Shown here: positions 1-11,989 of the stretch, piece after piece | Numbering within the stretch: the first letter of the stretch is position 1 | How the letters are laid out: every line of letters begins with the position of its first letter | Assembly (NCBI GenBank): GCA_028534125.1 | Contig: CM052830.1 | Span: 14,508,001-14,572,000, forward strand | DNA: 64,000 bases | Source of the DNA: Lama glama | Lineage: Eukaryota | Direction of reading: 5' to 3' | Notes under the pieces: generated by a model | Seen by the model: only the letters and a program-made list of their open reading frames with translations | Databases searched by the model: none | Told to the model about the DNA's origin: nothing | Program-made: the position numbers and the translations under genes

Positions 1-1099
1 GTATCTGTGTACGGAGGGTCACAGTCTCAGGGTCTGTGAGAGCCTCTATTTCCAGGAGGGCCCAGTATGTAGCCCATAATTTGTTGTTTTAGTAGTGTAC
101 AGCAGAAGGCTAAGAGAGATTGTTTTTTGCATCACAAGCTCTTGGGCAACTTATGGCCATCAAAAATGATCTAGAGACACTAGGAGACATGAGAAGAAGT
201 TGCCAAAGACTCTACAGTGAAGGAGTTTCTGAGGACACAAGTGAGAGTACCTGCTGATTTTAATTTGGAAGTAAATTTTCTAAGTGAGAAATATATTGCC
301 ACCAGATCCAAAAAGGGCTTAAAAATGTTGGACTTATACAGTATGTTAAATGTCCAAAACAGTATGTTAAATGTCTCTTTGGAGGAGGATGTCATCAATA
401 TAATGCCATATGTGTGCTCCTGGAGAACAGTGAATGCACTGAAGATCTTGTTTGCAAAGGCTGTATGTGGTGCCTGACACCAGTGGGTTTTAGTTTCTGT
501 GTCTGGCTGTAAGAGGAAAGAGAGGGGGAAAGGCCCAGTGCTTCTAGACAGGAGCCTCATCTGAACCCTTTTTGCCACGCCCCACTTTTTCCCCCTTTTC
601 AATTAAATCTTTTAGAACAGTTAACAGCTGTATCTTTAGATGGTTAAAACACCTCCCTCCCATGCCCTACCACCTTTTTCCCTGTCTTCCATCTGTCCCT
701 GACCCTTTCCACTTTTTCCTGTTGCGTGTTTACCTGATAAACTCCTGGTTTGAATAATTCCAGCAGGATTTGGGGCTGTCCCTAGGTGTCTGGTACGTGG
801 CCCTGAGTTGATTTAGGGCACAGGATATATTGACATGGTATGTGGGATTAGATAAAAGAGGTGATTGTAGGAGTAACCTGGGATTGGTTGGAGGATTTAT
901 AATACGACTTTCCGTGCACACAAAAGCAGGTTCGCAGGAGCGATGCAAACAACTTTGGCTTTAGTTTGGCCCTGTGGTTAGCAGACATCAAATAGAATCT
1001 AAGAAAACACAGAGCAGCCCTCCTCCACCTTAGAGGATTTTCCAAGCAACCAATGCTGGGGCTATGTGTGGCCTCAGTTACACACGTGTTAGGCATAAA

Positions 1100-1665
1100 A
1101 TCACAGCTTCCAGGCATGAAAGAGCCAAAAAAACTACCTTTGGCAGTAGACATCTGCTGTTTTCACCCGTGGAGGATCTTCAGCTCACAGCACCTTGCTA
1201 TCCCTTTGGAAGGCCATCCTTTTCCAACTCCCAGTCCATGTGACCCATGCCAATGTGGAACTGACTTCTCAAGCCTTGGGCTCCAGAGGTGGTCATGTGA
1301 CTTTGGCCTGGCCAATCAGCATATCTCCCCAGCTTGGCCTCGGTGATTGGTTCAGCTAGACCAATGAAAGCTCTCCCCAAGACTTCAGCTAGGATTTACT
1401 GGGAAAGTGGGAGTCATGCCCTCCCTGGAGGGTGGGGCTGCCAAACTGTCAGGATGCCATCCATCCTGAAGCTGGGACTGGGAGGGGAGCACCATGAGGA
1501 AGAGGGTGGGTGCTAGCCTGGGAGTGAAGCCACCACAGAGGAGAGTGCAGGCAAGGCTGGAAAAGAAGCCCAGTGCTGATATGATTATCTGAGGCCCTGG
1601 ATCCTGTGGTGCTATCAGCAGTGGACTTCCCAGTTACAAGAGCAGAAAAATTCCGTTTCATGCTT
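1100..1665 (+). mobile_element. Old MaLR LTR (MLT1-type)
   Basis: MLT1-like motifs (gtggtcatgtgact...ggccaatcag; ggacttcccagttacaagagc). Confidence 0.6.
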
Positions 1666-1771
1666 GAAAAAAAAATTGCAGAGTGCAAAATAGTAGGCAA
1701 TAGTATACCAGTGTTTGTGTAGAAAAGGAGGGGAAAATTGTGTTTACATGTATCTGCTTGGATCTGTGTTT

Positions 1772-2239
1772 TGTCGACTTAAATAAAATCACACAACGTG
1801 AGAATTGTGGGGTTAAGTTTTATTTGGGACAAAATGAGGACTACGGCCTGCGAGATGGCATCTCAGAAAGCTCTGAGAAACTGTTCCAAAGAGGCAGGGG
1901 AAACTCAGTATTATATGTGATTTCAGTGAAGGGGGCACATGCAGTCAAGCAGACATTTTGCACAGAGGCTTGCTGCTAGTCACAAATAGCAGATGTCACC
2001 GTTAATGAATTTAGTGCGTTTCTAGATATGAGGAGATGCAAGAATTTGGGCTCATAAAATCTTCTGAAAATATCTAACTATCTGAAGGCCTGTTCTGCCA
2101 GTTTTCCCAGAGCACAGAGGGCCTCATTCCTGATCTCTGCCCTGAATGCCTTTCAGGGTGTGCTGGAGGTCAGCGGCTGCAGCAGCTCGTGGCCTAATCC
2201 AAGCAGAGGTAGATGGCAAGTGCCAATTTTTAGTTGGCA
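1772..2239 (-). mobile_element. ERV1 solo LTR (MER41-like), intact
   Basis: TG...CA termini, 4-bp TSD gttt at 1768-1771 and 2240-2243, and AATAAA on the minus strand near the left end. Confidence 0.8.
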
Positions 2240-2689
2240 GTTTAAACATTTCTGATAAGAAAGAAACTAATAATCATGAATAGCTGTTGGGGAACAGAAA
2301 CAGGGTGGATGGGAGAAGGAGTCACAGAAATGACTTCTCTATACATCTTTTTGTACCTTTTGACATTTGTACATTTGAGATTGTGACCTATTCATAGTAT
2401 TAGTTACATAATTTAAAAAATACAAAAAAAAACTAGAGGTTGCAGTGGTATTGTATAAGTCTTAGGAAGAACAAATCCTATTATATCAAATACACGGAAT
2501 TTTCAAAGTACGTGCTAGTAAGATAAGTATATTTACACTCCTAACCACTCAGGAGCAAAGTAAACAGAACACAGTCAAGACACCAGGTAGATGGAGAAAG
2601 ATCTTAATTAAATTTAAAGTTATGCATAGTCTGTCTTTTGTTATGTTTGCTAAGAAGATGCAGGAAGCTGTCTGAGATATCCAGTGGTA

Positions 2690-4212
2690 ACTACAAAGTC
2701 CTTCCCAGAATATTTAGTGTTACCCATAAAGAACTTCTGCTTCTGGGTAGGATGTAGTAGGAATCAGCAGGTCTTCATTCCTGCTGCAACAACAGGGGGA
2801 GAAAAGGATATATTACAAAAATCATATTTTAAAAGACATCAGAGAGCACTGGAAGCAGAGGAAGAAGAGCTCATTCCAGGTGAGCTGAGATTGTTGGTCA
2901 TTTTTCCCTGGGTCATTTGTGAAGCCTGGGCAGAAGCAGAAAATTGGGCTTGGTTTTTATACTGACCCGTTGAGGCCACTCCGGCAATCATTATAGACTA
3001 GAATGTAGATGTGAGGCTCATTTTTCCAAGAGGTGTTTGCTGAGCGCTGGGGTGGACTGGAGGGGTGGTGACCGGGAGTTGGGGTAGGGCTGGGCGGGGG
3101 CCTGGACTGCAAAGGCGGCGTAAAATCTACAGTCTCTTGGTGTCTGGCAGATGGAGTCTTGCTGGGGACAAAGGTCTGCAACAAACACAAAGTAGGTCTC
3201 CCTCTCAAGATAACTAAAAACAGATGGACTGAATTTAACTGAAGCTGCAACTCATCCCAACTCAGCTCAGTTCCTGATTGGATTGGGGCATCATCCCTTT
3301 AAGATACATTGTCTAACAGCAGATAGGTAAACCCTCTAGGGGAAAATATGATTCACATCTGTGATTCTTTTGTACACAGTACTTGGCATATGATAAAAAA
3401 TTACAAGTCATAGGAAAAGAAGGTGTGGTAGACTGAACCATGACCTCCCAAAGATGTGTCTGTCCTAATTCCTGGAACTTGTGAATGTGGGAACTTTGCA
3501 GATGTGATTAAGGATCCTGAGATGGAGAGCTTAGCCTAGCTTAGCCAGGTAGGCCCAATAAAATGACAAGTGTCCTTATGGGGTGGGGGGGCAGGAAGGT
3601 CAGAGTCAGTAGTATAAGGATGGAAATGAGAGGTTGGAGTTATGCAAAGAAGGGATCACAAGCCAAAGAGGGCAGTAGCCTTGAGAAGCTGAAAAAGGTA
3701 AGGAAAAGGATTCTTCCCTACAGCCTCCAGAAGGAACCAGCCCTGCTGACACCTTGACTTTAGCCCCCTGAGACAGATTGTGGACTTCTGACTTCTTGAA
3801 CTGTAAGATAATAAATCATTGTTGTCTTAGACCTCTCAATCTGTGATAATTTAAAATAGCAGCAATAGGACAATGTGACTGATAATCAAGGGAAAAAAGT
3901 GAAACAATAGAAGCAGATACATATCTGATTTGATGTCAAGGACTTTAAAATAAACATTTTAATATGTTAAAGAAAATAGTAGGAACAATGAACAAAATGG
4001 TGACAGGGTTTGGAATTTCAGCAGAGAATTAGAATATATAAAAGCCAAATAAACATTCTAGGATTAACAGATGTAATATCTGAAGTAAAGAATTCAGAGG
4101 GGCTGAGCAGCAGACTAGACACAGCAGAGGCAAGAGATTAGTAAACTTGAAGACAGGCCAACAGAAAATATCCAAACTAAAGTACAGCGTAATAAAGGAA
4201 TAGAAAGAACAA
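2690..4212 (+). mobile_element. Old L1 5'UTR/ORF1 fragment, split by the MLT1 LTR below
   Basis: L1M ORF1-like A-rich sequence (agcagactagacacagcagag...agtaaacttgaagacagg). Confidence 0.6.
3424..3875 (+). mobile_element. MLT1C/D-type MaLR LTR
   Basis: tgtggtagactgaa... through ccagccctgctgacaccttgactttagcccc... to gcagcaatagg. Confidence 0.8.
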
Positions 4213-4214
4213 CG

Positions 4215-5390
4215 TTAACTGGAAAATTCTTGTTTAATGTCTCCCTAAAACCCAATATTTAGCCAAGAAGATGATTCATTTCATCTTAGAATGTTTGTTG
4301 GAGCAGATGCAAGGGAATTTGTTTGTTTAAATTGTAAGTAAACTCACTTTGTACATCATATTGTGGATGCTCCTATTAGACTCCTGGATCTAGTTTTCCC
4401 TCATGGATTGCAAATAACATAAAGTAAAGCTTCTACTGGGTTTGAATCTAAAAACCACACTCATTGTACGACTCTGAATTCCAATTTCAACATTTGTAAG
4501 ATGGAGGTAAACAGTACATGTCTCATGGCTTTAGTTTGAGGATTAAGTAACATAAGGCCCTTAGCATAATAATGTCTGGCACAGAATAAATGTGCATTTT
4601 TATTATCAAATTTTTTTCAGGCAGGTACACCTGCATGTCAGAAGAATCATCAGAGGGAAGATGAGGTAATAGACTTTCATGAGATGAGCTTAAATGAGAT
4701 CATGGATGTAAATATCTCTGTCAAGTCATTATAATGGTACCCTTTACTATATGGCAGGAGTCTCAGTTTACTAACTCAGGTTTGCCACAAATAGTTTTTT
4801 CTTTATTTTTATATAACAATTTAAGTTTTGAGCTCCCTGTCTGCTAAAGTACAGCAAATTAGTGTCAGGAATGTGAGGGTTCTTTCCTTTCTGCTGGGTG
4901 GTATCTAACTTCTAGGGGCTCACACTGTGCCAAGGTGTGGGATGGAGGGGGGTTGATCCTCGTCATCTTTCCTCATCAGTCACACAGAAGTACCTTGCTC
5001 CTGTGCATATGCCTTCTTCAGGTCAGTGGACTCTCCTCAACTTCCATTCCAGGTTGGGGGCCATGGGAATCTTTCTGCTGCTTCAGTGCAAAACAAGGGC
5101 ACAGAAGTCTTGGAAAGGGTGCCTGTGACATGGCTTGCCTAGACACCCTAGACAGTAGTGCCATCTCTAACATCATATTCCCTGGGATGCTGCCCAGGAA
5201 AAAGGGCCCCAGGCCTTTCTTTCTTGAACCTACTTCATCAGCGCTATTACAAGTCAATTCCTCATCCTCTTTCCCCCTGCTTAAGGGTTTTTTAAAAAAT
5301 CTGGTTTCCTTAGAACCTTACCTTCTTAATAGGCTTGGGGGTTTGGAACCATTGTTTTTGGACTATTGTCTTGTGCTTTCATAACCACTT
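4215..5390 (+). mobile_element. Probable decayed ERV gag C-terminus and protease, interrupted by MIR
   Basis: NWKILV*C (capsid MHR-like) at ~4217; tgcttcagtgcaaaacaagggcac (C-F-x-C-K-Q-G-H knuckle-like) at ~5079-5102; LDSSAIS (protease DSG-like) at ~5150. These fall in the expected order before RT. Confidence 0.4.
4435..4605 (+). mobile_element. MIR SINE
   Basis: MIR core-like sequence: ctgggtttgaatc...tttgtaagatggagg...gaggattaa...tctggcacag. Confidence 0.6.
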
Positions 5391-5489
5391 CATCTCTCCC
5401 CTGAGCCAATAAGCACAGAACTGGCTTAAATGGATGGGGGGGTATGGGGATAACAGAAAGAAATGAAAGTATATTAGGTAAGAGTTCCA

Positions 5490-6260
5490 GCTATGATGTA
5501 ATCCTTGGTACCAGATTAGCCTTTCTGCCATAAACAATCATAAAATTGGACAGAAGATATGAGCAACAATTCTTAGGCACTGGATAACAGGCAAGGCATG
5601 ACAATGATCCTTGAGAGAAAAGGAACTCATGAGATGTACCTATGAATTGTTTTGGCTCTCTGCTGGAGAGCAGTTTTCCAACCATAGCACAGCAAACTGG
5701 AGTCCCAGCAGAGTAGATATGCCTTGCTATGTTGAAGAGGCAGAGATCAGAGCTCAGAGCTGCTGAAGCAGCTGCGATCTATAGGTCATGGCACTGGAGA
5801 GGATGTTGCTGCATGTGTGGGAGGCAGAAATCTATGTGGGAGGTCCCCATGGTTCCTTGGCTAAGGGCTGGGGTGCACATGTGTAGGGGAACACCACCAG
5901 AGGCTTCCTAGAGAGAGGCTGCCACAGAGTTGATAATAAAAGAAATGCTAGAAGTCAAGCAGATAACAGAATCTAGAGCCTCTGCAATGTATCATCCATA
6001 CTGCCCAGTAATCAACCTAAAATTCCTACATATACCAAAAAAAAAAAAACCCAACCCCAGAAAAATGTGACCCATAGTAAAAACAATAACAACAAAGAGT
6101 CAGTAGAAACTACCTCAAGATGGTCCAGATGCTGAATTTAGCAAAGACATTAAGGAAATTATTATCAACATGTTCAAAAATCTCAAAGAAAATGTGTTCA
6201 AAGCATTAAAAGAAACTATGGTCATAATGAGTGAAGTAATGGGAAACCAAGCACGAAGGT
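5490..6260 (+). mobile_element. Old L1 5' region fragment
   Basis: L1M 5'UTR/ORF1-start-like sequence (ccagatgctgaatttagcaaagacattaagg). Confidence 0.55.
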
Positions 6261-6660
6261 ATGCAGTGGGTAAGGGGATCTAGGGATCTAACCGCTTCGA
6301 AATTGCTTTTGCCCAATCCTTGTTATTTTACATACTCCTTTTACTCCCAGTTCCAGAGATACCTGGTTCTGTCAGTGGCTATGCCTTTTTAGGATTCTGT
6401 GGTATAAACTGAATTGGTTTTCACCTTTGCCTACTCCTGGCCCAGGTATGTCTCTCCCAGGATCTGCTAAAAGTCACCACTCCTCTTCTGCCATCTAGCT
6501 TCCAAAATTTTGTTACTGCTATCTTTTCTGTTTCCCTCATCTTTGTAGATGTATTGTAGTTTTTTTTTAATCACTTTACTATGGTTTTAGTGGGAGTTTT
6601 AGAAGGAATGAATCTAGATGTGCATGTTTGATCTGCAGTTTCAGCCCCAAACTTCTGTAC

Positions 6661-7500
6661 TAGTTCTTAAAAGTGATTTAAATAACATAACATTTCCTGG
6701 AAACGATTCTCATCCAATATGTTAACATTCTTCTGTTGGCCTCCTCCTCACTAAAAGGCCCCAAATGAGATTTTATAATCTTCCTTTTTTCTTGTGCCCT
6801 CAAGGGCCACAAAACCTCTAAAATAAATTACAATTATGCCTGACCCAAGCTCATTAGTTGGACATGACAAATCAGTAAAAAAGAGACACTCATATTCTTC
6901 TAGGGAAGTAGCCATCCTCAAGGGACCTGAGCTCACCACAGTTTCACAAATGCATACCTTCTTGGACATGTCTGGCTTTTGCTGACAGTAAATATTACAT
7001 TATATTTCAAATATAAAACCTCAATTGCATCTAATTCAAGCTAACAATGTTAAATGATTACCTAGCTTAAAAACTAAAAGCCTTTTTTCCCCTTAAACAA
7101 GTCCTATCAGCCCTGGCATTAGGTATTCTTGATTCTACTAGTAAGCACTTCACTCTTTTCTGCCGTTAACAAGCAGTGTTTACCTTTGTTGTACAAAGAC
7201 GGATGGAGACAACTCCCTATTGCCTATTATAATTTTCTTTGCAATTGGTAACACCAGGTGTGCCTCCAGCCCGTGTTCTACAGCTAGGACTTCTATCTTG
7301 TTGGAGCCTTCTTCTATTTCTGTCTTGACTGTCCTCTAAATGGAGAGGGGGCTACTCCACTTCAGGTATAGCACTCCTTCTAAAAGCCAATACAACTCCT
7401 GTCTACTGTCCAAGTATGTTAGTATTAAATTTTACTTGTCTTGGCTGGCCATATTACCCTTTCACATTGTCTCCAAGTAAACCCAGCACCTTCACTTCCA
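6661..7500 (+). mobile_element. Decayed class I ERV pol: RT palm/thumb and connection domain
   Basis: Read across frameshifts: VLKSDLNNITFPG..ILIQYVNILLLAS (decayed YVDD at 6718-6729), ALKGHKTSK.KLQLC, TVSQMHTFLDMSGFC*Q*I, ALALGILDSTSKHFTLFC. Confidence 0.85.
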
Positions 7501-7871
7501 ATTCCAATATACTCATATCTGTTTTAACATTTTTGCACTCACTTCTGTTTGCCTTCACACAACCTTTCTTCCCTCTTTTTTGTTAACAGACTCTTGATTT
7601 TGTGCAGACATCTAAATACATCACTTGTCCCCTGGAAACTGACACTATTCCTGGTTTAGGGGCAAATCTTCTTTAATTGGGTACCATTCCCCTAGATGAG
7701 GATTGGTCCAATATAGATACGATTCTGCCAATGGAACATAGGGAGAAATCTTCTGGGGAGACTTCTGAGAAAAGTTTCCTTATTCCCCAAAATAGATGCA
7801 CCCACCCAGAGTCATTCTCTTGTGCTGATCATTTTGGGGCCTGAGTGTGGCACATGGAGCTGCAGCCACCT

Positions 7872-8180
7872 TTTCTTTAAACTGAAGTATAGTTTCTCTA
7901 CAATATTATGTAAGTTACAGGTACACAATATAGTGATTCACAATTTTTAAAGTTTATACTCCATTTATAGTTATTATAAAATATTGGCTATATTTCCTGT
8001 GTTGTACAATATGTCCTTGTAGGTTATTTTATTTTATACCTAGTAGTTTGTACCTCTTACTCCCTTACCCCTATATTGCCTTTCCCCACTTTCCTCTTCC
8101 CACTATAACCACTAGTTTGTTCTCTATATCTGTGAGTCTGCTTCTTTTTTTGTCATAATCACTAGTTTATTATATTTTTA
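7872..8180 (-). mobile_element. Artiodactyl-type L1 3' end, running into an assembly gap
   Basis: ttaaactgaagtatagtt...tgttctctatatctgtgagtctg, typical of an L1 3'UTR. Confidence 0.8.
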
Positions 8181-8389
8181 NNNNNNNNNNNNNNNNNNNN
8201 NNNNNNNNNNNNNNNNNNNNNNNNNNNNNNNNNNNNNNNNNNNNNNNNNNNNNNNNNNNNNNNNNNNNNNNNNNNNNNNNNNNNNNNNNNNNNNNNNNNN
8301 NNNNNNNNNNNNNNNNNNNNNNNNNNNNNNNNNNNNNNNNNNNNNNNNNNNNNNNNNNNNNNNNNNNNNNNNNNNNNNNNNNNNNNNNN
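8181..8389. other. Assembly gap
   Basis: Run of N. Confidence 1.
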
Positions 8390-8569
8390 TGACTGTAAAT
8401 AATGTGCAGCTGCCTTCTTGTGACTGGGACATAAGAAGGGCAGAGGAGAAAGATGGAAGGATTTTGGGTCCTCCATGACATCCCTGAATATACCAACCAT
8501 GGAGCTTCCCCACCTCAGGAAGTCTTGTTAAATAAAATACTCTTAATTTTTTTAAGCCAAATTGAAGTC

Positions 8570-8915
8570 ATGCACTAGATTGTTTTCCGTTTGGCTCTCC
8601 ATATTCACTCTCTATTCCTGTTTGTGAATCAGGAGGTTGGGTTTGGTCAATGGCATGCATCAACAGTAGATCCAAGGGTGGGGGTAGAAATAGGCCATGA
8701 TTCAATAGTAGCTGCATTTTTTTAGCCATATTTCTGAGTTTCCAATAACTACCCCTTCCCTTTGCCCTCTCAAGCATGGGGGTAGCTTTCCTCTGTTGCC
8801 AGTTAGTCCCCCTAACCCTACCCATACTTTCGTAAATAATCCTTCCGTTTGCCTCTCTGAAATGTTCCCTTTTGAGTATCTCATCTCTTTTCTGCCAAAA
8901 CCCAAACTGATACAG
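8570..8915 (+). mobile_element. ERVL-type LTR (LTR33-like) inserted in ERV pol
   Basis: Ends with cccttttgagtatctcatctcttttctgcc...ctgataca. Confidence 0.55.
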
Positions 8916-8919
8916 TTGA

Positions 8920-10200
8920 CTGAATCTATATTGGCCTCAAAGACATCTTGGTGTCATCTTCACACAGATGGATCTGCTCGTGGGTTTCAGTGTTCTTGAG
9001 GTAAAGTCATGTTCCCCTTTGCTGTCTGACTTTTGCACAGGTGGTGAACTGACTGTTTTCATCAAAACACATACCCTTCATATAAATCTGCCAACATTTT
9101 TATTGATTCCAGCTGACTTTGGGTTTGTTCATATTTATGGCCAACTGAACAACAATGAAGAGAAATACATTTCCAAATGTCTTTAGATTAGTGACTTTTC
9201 ATGCCTTACAACTGTCTTCTAAAGAAGACTTATAGGAACTCCAGCTAAAAATGCTTTGGCTGCTGCAGTCATCTTCTCTTGTCTTGGGCCACAGCTTTGT
9301 TTTCCTCACCCAACAACTAGGCTTCTCTGACAACTTTCTTGAATGTTGTTCTGCTCCAAAAGCAGGCACCAAATTTAGGGGAAACTCTGTAGAGGCCAAA
9401 TGGTCTTCAGCCAGATCACCTTAGGTGTTCCTCAGATGGCCACTTGGTGGCACCCAAGAATCTTCTTCACTTCACTCACATGATCCGTGGGGTGGCTCAC
9501 GTGAATAAAGTGCGGTTGTGATAAAGGAAGTCTGATAAAAGTTATTGATGTGTTCCAAAATGTTCCATTGTGGATCATAGTACTACTGTGTCTTTTTAAA
9601 GCATATAATGGAAGGGCTCAATCCACCACAGGATTATTCTGTTTAATTTCATCCAGATGAAGAAATACCAATCTGTTCACAGGATATATAGAAATATTGC
9701 CATATGCAAAATATAATATACTACCATCTAGCTGTGAAAAGTTTTCACACTCAGATTTGAAATACCTCTGTCCTTGATTAGAATGGTACACACGTTTTAT
9801 AGGTCAAACTGGAAAGGAAGTCTGTGGAATCTCTCAGAAACAACAAGTATTTCACTGTTGACTTTCACTGTAGATTCAGTAAGGGGGGTAAAATGACAAA
9901 AGAGGATCTTGAAAACTAAATTGGCCAAGGTATGTGCAGAAACCTGAATCAAATGGCCAAGATCTTGCCCGTAGTTCTTGCAAAATTATAAGATGTACAG
10001 TTATCAAAGAGGCGAGACTCTCTCATCTTGAAATATTAATGTGTTGACCCATGAAACTTCCTACTATACTCCCAGAGGCACCCACTTAAAAGAAATCATG
10101 TATTAAATGACATTCTACTAAAGCAGTACAAACCATTTTTTTAAAAGTATGTCAAGGCCTTCCATTCATAACTGTCCTACCATTGCAAATGCTGTTGGTA
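8920..10200 (+). mobile_element. Decayed class I ERV pol: RNase H and integrase core
   Basis: HTDGSARG; GELTVFIK; KSANIFIDS..FGFVHIYGQL; FNFIQM; KTKLAKVCAET*IKWP.ILPVVL; RLSHLEILMC*PM. Confidence 0.82.
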
Positions 10201-10244
10201 CTTCTGTTACATCCCCTTGGATCCCTCTGATTCTGATTCAAATT

Positions 10245-11015
10245 CTGATATGTGGAGAATTTTCCCCACATACCAAGAAATTTTCCCACACCAGCTGTGC
10301 ATCCTCCAACATAACTCAATTCGGATACTACCTACCTGGAGATAGATAACCATAGCTTAAGGCTGAATCCTACAAGACTGACTCTGCCTTCAGATGCCAA
10401 TCATAATTATAGGTTGTAATCTGTGCTTCTAACCAACCGCTATAGATTGGAGAGGTTCTTATGACTTCCTCTTTCGGTTTGATTAATTTGCTAGAGAACT
10501 CAGAGAAACATTTTACTTAGCAGATTACCAGTTTACTATAAAAGGGCATAACTCAAGGAAAAGTCAAATGGAAGAGATGAATAGGGCAAATTATGTGGGA
10601 GGGGTACAACACTTCCATGCTCTCTCTGAGAGGCTCTCTCCCTGAGTCGCCATGTGTTCACTAACTTGGAAGCTCTCCAAACCCTGTCCTTTTGGGGTTT
10701 TATGGAGGCTTCATTACCTAGGCACGATTGAGTAAATCATTGGCCATTGATGACTGAACTCAATCTCCAGCCTGTCTCCCCCTGCAGAGGTCAAAAGAAT
10801 GGGACTGAAAGTTTCAACCCTCTAATCGCTTGGTTGATTCCCCTGGCAACCAGCTCATCCTTAAGTGACCTAGCAGCTTCCCAAGTCACTTCATTAACAA
10901 AACTTAAAAGACAATTTTATTGCTGTCATCAAATAGGAAACCCCAAGGATTTTAGGAGCTCTGTGCCAGGAACAGGAACAAAGACGAAATACGTATTTCT
11001 TATTATAAATTACAG
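10245..11015. mobile_element. MER21-like LTR
   Basis: caccagctg...caattc...ctacctggagatag; ggaggcttcattacctaggcacgattg; ggagctctgtgccaggaac. Confidence 0.7.
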
Positions 11016-11429
11016 CATTTCTGTTTTGTCATCCTCCAGCTTCTGTGCCCTTGGTTTCCAATGGTTTGTAACTATGACTTTGTTCAGAGGATCTCTATTG
11101 GGCTTTGGGGGCTAAAATGCACACTAGCACACAAAGGAAGCTGGAATTGCCTGGGAGCATCTCCTTCCTGGGTCCATGGCTGCTGACTGGTGCAGGAGTA
11201 CAAAAGCCTAGGTCCCTTGTTTGAGGAGGGACAAACTCCTTCAGAGCTCCTCTCTGGATTAGGCTGAGGCTGGGGCTTGGCCGACATCATACTCTTGCTG
11301 GCTCCTTCCCTTTCTATACTTCTTTTCCTATTCTTTTCCTTGTTTCTCTCTGAAGCACTTTTAAAAAATCATTTGCACATGACTCCTGTCTCAGTATGTG
11401 TTTTGGGGAGCCCAACCTAAGAAAGCAAC

Positions 11430-11985
11430 CATCCCTGATAAACCATGCTGCCGTGTACAGCCTAAGGTTGGGATACACATCAAAGTTTACCAGCAAAACT
11501 CTTTCCTGAAATATTGCTGAAAGGAGTCTTTGGCTTTGAATCCATTACTGCACAAAGAATTCTGCTCAGTGTAGGCAGGCAGAGGAGCGTAGAGGCAGAG
11601 TCATGGTGCTTATCGCTTTGCCCCTGACAAAGAAACCAAAGCTGCCAGGGAAATGCCCACTGCAGCCATTTGCGCTTCATGAGCAGCAGGCACAGGGGCT
11701 GTTGGTTGTGACTGTCCTTCCTTGTTGCTACGGAAGGGTCCTGGGTCTCTGCCTTAACTGCCTATTCAGTTGAAGATTTGCAATCCCAAAACAGAAATAT
11801 TTTGCCCATCCAAACAGGCTTTAAAAAACCCAGTGTCTCCTGAAATATTGGCCCCTTATTAGCTATAACTATCATTTCATACTCATCATCTCACCAGAAA
11901 GAAAAAACAATACTTTTCTTTGACTGACATACCAACATGCTATGAACATGTGCTTCATTTCTTGTTGGCTCCCACAATTCCTGGA
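11430..11985 (+). mobile_element. Decayed ERV integrase C-terminus and probable env SU start
   Basis: PDKPCCRVQPKVGIHIKVYQQNSFLKYC*KE resembles QPGDWVxIK...LEPRWKGPY. NNTFL*LTYQHAMNMCFISCWL at 11906-11970 resembles a gamma-type SU N-terminus with a CWxC motif. Confidence 0.55.
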
Positions 11986-11989
11986 AGCC

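Noticed and set aside
8162-8513. ORFs spanning N runs (also near 23.8 kb and 48.4 kb)
   Set aside because: Artefacts of assembly gaps.
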